In this document: positions 9,538 through 16,421 of the stretch, piece by piece
Layout: every line of letters begins with the position of its first letter
Position numbering within the stretch: position 1 is the first letter of the stretch
Assembly (NCBI GenBank): GCA_033762115.1
Contig: JANRLX010000075.1
Coordinates: 1 to 19,734, forward strand
Length of the DNA stretch: 19,734 nt
Direction: 5' to 3'
From: Verrucomicrobiota bacterium
Lineage (GTDB): Bacteria; Verrucomicrobiota; Verrucomicrobiia; Limisphaerales; SXQI01
The notes under the pieces: generated by a model
What the model saw: only the letters and a program-made list of their open reading frames with translations
What the model was told of the DNA's origin: nothing
The model's database searches: none
Program-made: the position numbers and the translations under genes

Positions 9538-9557
9538 GTCAGCAAAAATGTCAGCAA
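9538..9557 (+). repeat. GTCAGCAA direct repeat with 12-bp period, putative arm-type sites (element 2)
   Basis: GTCAGCAA at 9538-9545 and 9550-9557, about the same offset from the att core as the repeats at 6401-6424. Confidence 0.5.
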
Positions 9558-9650
9558 CTTTTGGCATTTTGGCTTGCTCGCAGATCATTCTGACGCGCTC
9601 GCCCGCTGCACGCTAACGGAACTGCCCAAGTATTTCCTAAACTTGGCAGC

Positions 9651-10412
9651 ATGAAAAATCGTTATCGCATATTCATTCGAGGAAAACACAAAGGTGGAAA
9701 AGTCTGGTGGTGCCATGACCGCGAGACTAACAAGCAAGAGAGTCTTGGAACACGCGACGTAAAAGAGGCGCGGCGAATTCTGGACATCAAAAACAATCCG
9801 AACGCCATTGCCGGTTATCACCTGCAAATGGCCAAGACGCATTTGACCCTTGCTGACGCTGAAACACCACGCGCACGTGGCAAAACGTCATGGACGCGGT
9901 TATACGCACAAAGACAGGGCCAACCCGCGTTCGTTGGGAGAAGGCAGCCAAAAGCAAATCGTTCGACGCACTTTGCAACGTGCCCTTGGTTGAAACCAAA
10001 GGAACGTTGTTTATTCAGGTTCTCGAAAACGGGACAGTCTCAACGAACGTTTACTTGCGCCGCTTGCATAATTTCGCGCTCGATATGAATTGGATTCTCT
10101 GTCCGATTATTCCGCGCCCGCAATGGCCTGAATTCACATTCGGGGAACGTCGCGCAATCACAGCAGACGAGCATCGGAAAATAATAGAACGCGAGCGGAA
10201 TCCCGAGCGGCGAGCATTTTACGAACTTTGTTGGCATTTAGGTGGCTCGCAAACCGATATTGCGACGCTGACGGCGGAGAGTATCGACTGGCAAACAAAA
10301 ACCCTGAGCTACACGCGGAAGAAATCAGGAACGCCCGCACATATCCAGTTTGGGACGGCAGCGGGCGACATTGCTTCGGCAACTGCCATCGACAGGGCCG
10401 CTGTTCCCATGG
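9651..10412 (+). pseudogene. Tyrosine recombinase/integrase pseudogene (copy 2)
   Basis: Homologous to copy 1 (MKNRYR...KQESL...TRTWQNVMDA...STNVYLRRLHNFAL...FYELCWHLGGSQTD...IDW). Frameshifts near 9865 (-1) and 10364 (+1, continuing ATLLRQLPSTGPLFPW), then truncated before the catalytic C-terminus. Confidence 0.88.
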
Positions 10413-10517
10413 CGGGCAATCGTCTGCTCTGCAAAAAAACCTCCTTTCCTAATCGCGCAGGGCGGGGCCGTTGTCTGCCGCCCCAATATTTTGTTTCCGT
10501 ATCCGTGGTTGAGTGCG

Positions 10518-10551
10518 CGGGCGGGCAAGTTCCTCTTGTCCGCCCGTTTTT
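10518..10551 (+). terminator. Intrinsic terminator-like hairpin
   Basis: CGGGCGGGCAAG-TTCCT-CTTGTCCGCCCG followed by TTTTT. Confidence 0.7.
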
Positions 10552-10730
10552 GTTTCTCCCGCCCGAATCTTAGATAATTCGTTGCACGCCAAGCACTATA
10601 GCCTTTGTAAAAGGTAAATTTCATCGGAGGAGGGCAATTGAATTATTCACGGGTGAGAAGCCCAAGCAAAGACGGGAGCAACAAAACCAAACCCGACATG
10701 ATAATGCATTTGAAAACCGCCGACTTGTGA

Positions 10731-10981
10731 CATGCGGTGTATCATTTTTCCTTCACTGGCCGGGAGTCAGCGGACACCACAATCACCATCCAAAACGGAA
10801 AGTTGCTCGTTGAGGATGGGCTCCTTGGCACGCCAAATTTGCGAGTCGTTGCCGATTCCGCTACCTGGCTGGGATTTCTCGCCAAGGAACGAAGCTTGCC
10901 TGGGCACTGCTGACCCGTCGCATCAAGCTGCGTGGCAACCCAAAATGGTTATTGGCTTTTGGACGTTGCTTTCCAAGCTGA
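10731..10981 (+). pseudogene. 3' remnant of an SCP2 (sterol-carrier-like) domain gene
   Basis: Not in the ORF track. Manual translation gives HAVYHFSFTGRESADTTITIQNGKLLVEDGLLGTPNLRVVADSATWLGFLAKERSL / (1-nt deletion ~10899) WALLTRRIKLRGNPKWLLAFGRCFPS*, an SCP2-like pattern. No start codon, and an in-frame TGA lies immediately upstream. Confidence 0.7.
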
Positions 10982-11018
10982 ATCACCGGCCAGGTGCTGT
11001 GGTTGTGGCACATGGATA

Positions 11019-11033
11019 TGCAAGTAACTTGCA
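11019..11033. promoter_or_regulatory. 7-1-7 palindrome, putative Fur-family (Zur/Mur-like) operator
   Basis: Perfect TGCAAGT-A-ACTTGCA, 46 nt before the leader ORF; homologous site at 14710-14724. Confidence 0.65.
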
Positions 11034-11079
11034 GATTAAGTTCTTGCGGAAGGCAGCCGATATGATTGATTGGTAGAAC

Positions 11080-11406
11080 GTGAACTCGGGAACCGACATC
11101 ATCACCTCCCGAAGGTCGATCTGCAAATCGCTTGCAGCCGTCCTGATGCTCCTGCTTTTTCTCGCGCTGCAGGTTTTTAGTGCGTCCGCGTCTCTCCACC
11201 ATGAGCTGCATTGCGATTCCCACTCCACGGAACATCAATGCGCCATCACACTTCTGTCCAACGGGCAGGTTGATCACGCAACGGTTGAGCTTCCGGTGAC
11301 AAAACCGGAAAGTTTTCTCCTCTTCTCTATTTCCTATCACGTCCCCCTGATGGCTGAGCGCGATTATCGAATCGCCATTGGGCGCGGTCCTCCAGTTCTC
11401 TTCTAA
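11080..11406 (+). CDS. Small secreted His/Cys leader protein with C-terminal RGPP motif (DUF2946/CruR-like), copy 1
   Basis: Hydrophobic signal/TM segment, LHHELHCDSHSTEHQC, RGPP at 11383-11394; paralog at 14774-15121. Confidence 0.8.
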   Translation: MNSGTDIITSRRSICKSLAAVLMLLLFLALQVFSASASLHHELHCDSHSTEHQCAITLLSNGQVDHATVELPVTKPESFLLFSISYHVPLMAERDYRIAIGRGPPVLF

Positions 11407-11527
11407 TCGCTTCCGCAGCTGTTTAAGCTGCATTTTCATCCGTTTTCAACGGGCTTTCCTCATTTAACAACGGTTCTCTGTCGTCCGCAGGCTGGAAATG
11501 GATCCAGTCTGAAAAGGCAGTTGCAAA

Positions 11528-12244
11528 ATGAATAGTTCCAAAGCCAGAAGCACCACGTTTGTCTCGGGATTTACGTTGATTGAGCTCCTTGTTGTGATCG
11601 CGATCATAGCTATTCTCGCTGGCATGCTTATGCCTGCGCTGTCGGGCGCAAAGGTTCGCGGCCGTCAAACGTCTTGCAGCCAGAATATGCGACAGATCGG
11701 CCTGGCGATGCAGATGTACGCGGATGATTATAATGGGCTTTTTCCGGAAACGACCCATGGAGCAGGCACCAACCGGTCCTGGATTTATACCCTGCGCCCA
11801 TATCTTGGGAACGTGGACAAAGTGCGAATCTGTCCATCCGACCCGAAAGGTCAGCAACGGCTGACCAACAATGCCTCAAGCTATGTGATGAACGAGTACA
11901 CAGCGGTTGATCTGGTAGACCCGTTTGGACGTTTGATCGAGTCGTTTCGAAATATGAATCGGTTGGCCCGACCTTCGGAAACGCACACAGTTTTCATCTG
12001 CGCAGATAGTTATGCGCCCTCGATTTTTGGCGACCATACCCATTCCCGAAACTGGTTTAAAGGTTGGTCAGCGGTAATCACGGACATCGCGCCTGACCGG
12101 CATTGCGCAGGTGATTCAGGAGAGGAACACACAAAAGGTGGGGCTAATTATTTATTTGCGGATGGGCATGTGACTGCGATCCGCGCCTCAACCCTGAAAA
12201 AACGGGTGGATGCAGGAGAGGAATTCGCCCGTCCTCCAAAATGA
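11528..12244 (+). CDS. Prepilin-type N-terminal cleavage/methylation protein with DUF1559-like region and H-X9-DG-type C-terminus
   Basis: [46 protein letters not shown]...[10 protein letters not shown]. Confidence 0.9.
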   Translation: MNSSKARSTTFVSGFTLIELLVVIAIIAILAGMLMPALSGAKVRGRQTSCSQNMRQIGLAMQMYADDYNGLFPETTHGAGTNRSWIYTLRPYLGNVDKVRICPSDPKGQQRLTNNASSYVMNEYTAVDLVDPFGRLIESFRNMNRLARPSETHTVFICADSYAPSIFGDHTHSRNWFKGWSAVITDIAPDRHCAGDSGEEHTKGGANYLFADGHVTAIRASTLKKRVDAGEEFARPPK

Positions 12245-12279
12245 ATTTCGAAAGCAAACAAAAATAAAAACCATAATAT

Positions 12280-12990
12280 ATGAACTATAGACCCCTGGCA
12301 AAAATCGGAATGCTGGCGATCTGCACCGCTGCCGCTGGCAGTGTCCCGTCCTTCAGTCAGACAGTGTTAAGCACCGGGCATGCCGATGTGGGCATCGCTT
12401 ATGAACTCGGGGCATGGAACCTGCATGTGCATAATCATGCTACTGAAGAGGAATACTCGCCCAGTGAAGCGATCCTGCAATTAAATCCTGAATCAGCGCG
12501 TCCCATTCCCGCCTCCCCATCATTCTCATTTTTGGGTTCTGCAGGAACCACGTTTTATGTGCTCCCTCAAGTTGAGGAGGCAAACCTCATCTTTTTGGGG
12601 CTCGGTGCGGAAGAGGTTCTTGCGGGAGATTTCGCAGGGGACAACATGGTTCTGACATTGAAAAGCGTAACCGGCCCAGGAAATTTTTCGCTTTATTCCG
12701 TGGATGGCCTTGGAAATCCCACAGTTTTCATGAACAGCGGCAATGGCATTTCTGATGGGACCGACTTCGTGAATGTCCCTGCCGAAAGTCACAACCATTA
12801 CAACTGGGCCTTCACAATGCCGGGCACATACACAGTGGGGTTTGAAGCCACCGGAACGCACTCCACGGATGGTCCGGTTGCAAGCGGACTCGTCAACTAC
12901 AGGTTTGAAGTGATTCCAGAACCTTCGACCTGGGCCTTGCTGGCTGTGGGATCAGTTTTGGTGTTCGGTTTGCAAAAGCGGCGAAAGTGA
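12280..12990 (+). CDS. Choice-of-anchor M (actinobacterial surface-anchored domain-like) protein with PEP-CTERM sorting signal
   Basis: Signal peptide, GHAD, YVLPQ...FLGLGAEE, L.SV.GPGNFSLY, HNHYNWAFT.PGTY, ending VIPEPSTWALLAVGSVLVFGLQKRRK. Confidence 0.85.
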   Translation: MNYRPLAKIGMLAICTAAAGSVPSFSQTVLSTGHADVGIAYELGAWNLHVHNHATEEEYSPSEAILQLNPESARPIPASPSFSFLGSAGTTFYVLPQVEEANLIFLGLGAEEVLAGDFAGDNMVLTLKSVTGPGNFSLYSVDGLGNPTVFMNSGNGISDGTDFVNVPAESHNHYNWAFTMPGTYTVGFEATGTHSTDGPVASGLVNYRFEVIPEPSTWALLAVGSVLVFGLQKRRK

Positions 12991-13004
12991 ACACCGGTCA
13001 TGGG

Positions 13005-13042
13005 GCGCGCCCGGTTTCATACTTCCCGGGCGCGCTTGTTTT
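13005..13042 (+). terminator. Intra-operon hairpin / partial terminator
   Basis: GCGCGCCCGG-11nt-CCGGGCGCGC followed by TTGTTTT. Confidence 0.55.
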
Positions 13043-13053
13043 ACAGGAGCGCA

Positions 13054-14073
13054 ATGAAAAACTATTGGATTATCCTGGTTGCGGCACTTGCCGGATGCAT
13101 GAGCGCAACAGCCGAAGAGTTCTTCAACGAACACATTGACGTCTCAATAAAGTATAAACCGGAGGCCATCGCCAAGCTGGACTTCGAACTTTTCATTGAG
13201 CGAACGCGCTTCGTTTCACTGACCAACGCAGTCCTGGTCGCAAGGGAGGAGGCGCAGTTGACATTGCCTGGCGGGACTCCGTTTGGGGAGGAGGGGGATT
13301 CGATCTGGATTTTGCCGCAATCGCAAAACACCTCGCTGTTGTACATGGGTTTTTCAGCGGAGGAGATCCCGTTGGGAATTTTTGATGGACCCTTGGAAGT
13401 GCAGTTGGTCAGCGTGGATGGGCCGGGAAACTTTTTCATGTGGCAATCGACATCAGTAGGCAATCTCGAAATCAAAATGAACACTCGGGATGGCATTGGA
13501 CCTGAAGATAAAACAGTCCCGTTCATTGGCAGCCATGAACATGTGAACTGGGGGTTTTCCACGAATGGAATTTATAAAGTCACCTTCCTGGCAACTGGCC
13601 GAAGGATGGGGGAGGAAACCAACGTTTTCAGCGAACCACAAACCCTCGTTTTTCACGTGCTGCCCCTTCCTGCTTCGTTGACCCCTTTTCAGCAATGGCA
13701 GTTGGAGAAATTTGGCCAGGGCGCTTTGGAAAACGTCAAAGGTGCGGCGGCGGACCCGGATGGGGATACCGTGCAAAACATTTTTGAGTATGCGTTCGGA
13801 CTCGATCCGCTGAATCCGCCGAGAATGAATTTGCCGAGCGCGTGGATTAATACAAATGGCGCTGGGATTGAATTCAGCCGAGCCATACGCGCCACGGATC
13901 TCAATATCTCCATCGAGTTCACTGACTCCCTCGATTCTATGGAGTGGCAGTCCGCCAATGGAACGTTCGTAGTACTGGAAGAAAACTCTGATATTCAAAG
14001 GGTGCGATTCAAGGACGATGCCGCGCCGGGTTCCACCCGCTTTTACAAGCTTCAATTGTCTCTTTCTCCTTGA
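13054..14073 (+). CDS. Choice-of-anchor M domain protein with DPDGD...EYAFG.DP repeat and Verrucomicrobia-type C-terminal domain
   Basis: AGGAG RBS plus ATG 13054, signal peptide, EHID, IWILPQ...YMGFSAEE, VDGPGNF, HEHVNWGFST.G.Y, C-terminal RFYKLQL. Confidence 0.8.
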   Translation: MKNYWIILVAALAGCMSATAEEFFNEHIDVSIKYKPEAIAKLDFELFIERTRFVSLTNAVLVAREEAQLTLPGGTPFGEEGDSIWILPQSQNTSLLYMGFSAEEIPLGIFDGPLEVQLVSVDGPGNFFMWQSTSVGNLEIKMNTRDGIGPEDKTVPFIGSHEHVNWGFSTNGIYKVTFLATGRRMGEETNVFSEPQTLVFHVLPLPASLTPFQQWQLEKFGQGALENVKGAAADPDGDTVQNIFEYAFGLDPLNPPRMNLPSAWINTNGAGIEFSRAIRATDLNISIEFTDSLDSMEWQSANGTFVVLEENSDIQRVRFKDDAAPGSTRFYKLQLSLSP

Positions 14074-14648
14074 TGAACCAGGGTTTTGTAAAAACAGGCT
14101 CACAGCTGATTCGAAGGCAGGCAAGGACCGACTGCCCGCATCAGACTGATGAGTCGCAGGACCTCCCCTCGCCTATAGCGGGCGAACGACTGAACTGGGC
14201 AGTATCAACCTGCAGGAAAATTGGATGGCGAATGACTGAGGCCCGAAACGCTGTTCTGGCGTGCCTCGCGAATCAACAGCGGCCAATCAGCCTGGCTCAA
14301 ATGGAGAAGGATCTTAGTCTCAAGGGGAGGTTCGATGCCGCCACCTTGTATCGAACGGTAATCATGCTGAAGGATCTCGAAATCATTCGGCAAATCAGTG
14401 TCGACCAGAAGCTTCGCTATTTTGTATTGAATTCCCCGGATGAATCGGGCGCCTATCTCATTTGTCATTGCTGCGGAAAGATTACTCCCCTGGCAGCGGA
14501 TGCCGTGGATGAAAAACGAGTCGAAGAGGCAGTTCATCTTGGTTATTTGAAAGTCAAGAGGCTGGTGGAATTGCGCGGTTTATGTCCCCGCTGCCAAACA
14601 AAACCGGGAATTGACATCCCAAACTTAAAGCAATCCGTTCGCATCTGA
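14073..14648 (+). CDS. Fur-family transcriptional regulator (atypical)
   Basis: RMT..R..VL, ATLYRT winged helix, LICHCCGKI and GLCPRC Cys pairs; ATG overlaps the upstream stop (TGATG). Confidence 0.85.
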   Translation: MNQGFVKTGSQLIRRQARTDCPHQTDESQDLPSPIAGERLNWAVSTCRKIGWRMTEARNAVLACLANQQRPISLAQMEKDLSLKGRFDAATLYRTVIMLKDLEIIRQISVDQKLRYFVLNSPDESGAYLICHCCGKITPLAADAVDEKRVEEAVHLGYLKVKRLVELRGLCPRCQTKPGIDIPNLKQSVRI

Positions 14649-14709
14649 TAAATGAGCAAACGACACGCATCATTTCGGAAGAAGTTCCTACTATCTGCCA
14701 CGCCACGTT

Positions 14710-14724
14710 TGCAAGTGTCCTGCA
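14710..14724. promoter_or_regulatory. Second putative Fur-family operator
   Basis: TGCAAGTGTCCTGCA flanked as TTTGCA...TGCAAA, 49 nt before leader ORF 2; same downstream context (ATT...TTCTTG) as the first site. Confidence 0.55.
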
Positions 14725-14773
14725 AATTCTTTTCTTGGTTCGAATGCTCAATTATTAATAATAATTTTTACAC

Positions 14774-15121
14774 GTGAAATCGGGCGAAAAACTTATCAAT
14801 GCCAGGTCGGTTGTCCACTCAATCGCTGCCAGCATACTGATTCTACTTTTGCTCGTTCTATATTTTCTCAGCGCGCCTTCGTTACATCATGCTCTGCATG
14901 CGGATTCCGATTCATCGGAGCACCACTGCGCGATCACAATATTCTCGCAAACACAAGCTGAGTGCCCGGTCATTAAGTTGCGACTCGAAACGTCACTGTT
15001 TTTTTTCCTTCCAGCGGCGAAATATCAACCACCAGATTTTGGCATTCGCGATCATCGAATCTCCATTAGTCGCGGACCTCCCGTCCTATTTAGCTTTTCC
15101 CACCGCCTTCCGGGTGTTTAG
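14774..15121 (+). CDS. Small secreted His/Cys leader protein with RGPP motif (DUF2946/CruR-like), copy 2
   Basis: Signal/TM segment, LHHALHADSDSSEHHC, RGPP at 15071-15082; paralog of 11080-11406. Confidence 0.8.
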   Translation: MKSGEKLINARSVVHSIAASILILLLLVLYFLSAPSLHHALHADSDSSEHHCAITIFSQTQAECPVIKLRLETSLFFFLPAAKYQPPDFGIRDHRISISRGPPVLFSFSHRLPGV

Positions 15122-15352
15122 TCGAGAACCGTTGAGATATTTCTCAACGTCTTAATACGAGAAACTTTGTGCCTCCCGGCATGTCGTTTTGGCCCTAGTC
15201 AAGAGACGCGGGAACTGCTTGGCGAACGTACACGATTTAATCTGAGCGTCCCTGGACGACCAGTCGTCGCGCACGTAATCCGCGTTTCTCGACTGCGGCG
15301 AATCTGAAAGATTCTGCGCAGGAACGTAAAACACTTAATATTATCAAAAAAT

Positions 15353-16357
15353 ATGAAACATAACTGCATTCCGGTGCTTCTCAGCGCGATGCTTTTCGCG
15401 CTTGCAATCCAAACGAAGGCTGAACTGCTGGAATTCTATGTCGGCATTGATGGCCGACAGACCTTGATCTCAGGTTCCTATATCAACAAACCGAATCCCA
15501 ACGCCAACCGACTAACGTTCCTTTATGCGCATGTTTATAAGTATGTGCCCGGGCTTCAACCAGCCGGAGAAAGCGCTTTTGATACAAGTCACTATCACGG
15601 TATAAGTTCCTATAGCTACACAGGACCGGTCGAGGCACCCATAATCCTAAATACCAATGCGAACAGCCGCATTCCTGAAACATTCACCGGGCAGGCTCCA
15701 CTCACGCTTGTCCCGGGAACAAACTCGCTTTATGCCGGAAAACTTGTGAGCGCGAAAACTGCGGAGCATTACAGTAACCGCCGTTTTGCATCTGTGTGGA
15801 AACTGCGCGATACGTCAAAGTTTGGTCCTGGATCGCCAGAGTATGTTTTATTCAACAGCAGTGGAGGCACACGGACGAACTCTTTGGCAGGAGCAACCAT
15901 TTCGTTGGAACTTGTTGAAAAAAGCGATGGCTTGCATATTGGCACGACCAATCAACTGGATATCCTCTCCGTTCCCGGAGACCGCTTTGTCTTGGGAGAA
16001 GGGAATGAATTCGATTTCGCACCAATTTTTTGGGTCGACGGCAATGCCCCGGTTGGACGTTACTCGGTGGCCTTGAAATTAGTGGACACAAACACCTCAG
16101 GAGATCGTACGCCTATCATGGAATCCGGCATTTTCTGGATAGATTTCCAGGTGGCACCTGAACCCTCCCTCGCTATCGAAAGAAAGGTTGAGGTGAGCAT
16201 GCCTCTGGTGACTCAGGGATATGTTTTAGAATCGGCTCCTTCCGCCGATGGACCATGGAATCCCGTTTCTCTGCCTCGCGGAGAAGCCACTGCCAATGAG
16301 CAGGCCTTTAGTTTTTCAACGAGCAGTAACATGCTGTTTTTTCGCTTGAAAAAGTAA
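15353..16357 (+). CDS. all3515-like (Zur-repressed PEP-CTERM family) secreted protein with non-PEP-CTERM C-terminal domain
   Basis: EFYVGIDG..TL.SG.Y...PNPNANRLTFLYAH...SHYHGI..YSY.GP...TN.N.RIPE...LTL.PG...YAGKL recalls the cyanobacterial All3515 family (recognised from memory, not searched); ends FFRLKK. Confidence 0.7.
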   Translation: MKHNCIPVLLSAMLFALAIQTKAELLEFYVGIDGRQTLISGSYINKPNPNANRLTFLYAHVYKYVPGLQPAGESAFDTSHYHGISSYSYTGPVEAPIILNTNANSRIPETFTGQAPLTLVPGTNSLYAGKLVSAKTAEHYSNRRFASVWKLRDTSKFGPGSPEYVLFNSSGGTRTNSLAGATISLELVEKSDGLHIGTTNQLDILSVPGDRFVLGEGNEFDFAPIFWVDGNAPVGRYSVALKLVDTNTSGDRTPIMESGIFWIDFQVAPEPSLAIERKVEVSMPLVTQGYVLESAPSADGPWNPVSLPRGEATANEQAFSFSTSSNMLFFRLKK

Positions 16358-16371
16358 TGATCCAGTAAGGG

Positions 16372-16401
16372 CCGGTGCCGGGTACTTTTGCTCGGCACCG
16401 G
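16372..16401 (+). terminator. Intergenic hairpin (terminator/stability element)
   Basis: CCGGTGCCGGGTA-CTTT-TGCTCGGCACCGG followed by ATTTAATTT. Confidence 0.55.
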
Positions 16402-16421
16402 ATTTAATTTGCGAATTTAAA

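Noticed and set aside
10439..10450. 16S rRNA 3' end fragment
   Set aside because: Only CCTCCTTTC matches; the upstream GGATCA and helix 45 are absent.
10732..11439. ORFs 10732-11076 (+) and 10861-11439 (-)
   Set aside because: They overlap the SCP2 remnant, the operator and leader 1, which have stronger support.
15122..15352. Known riboswitch (cobalamin, NiCo, yybP-ykoY)
   Set aside because: No signature motif recognised; reported only as an unassigned structured region.
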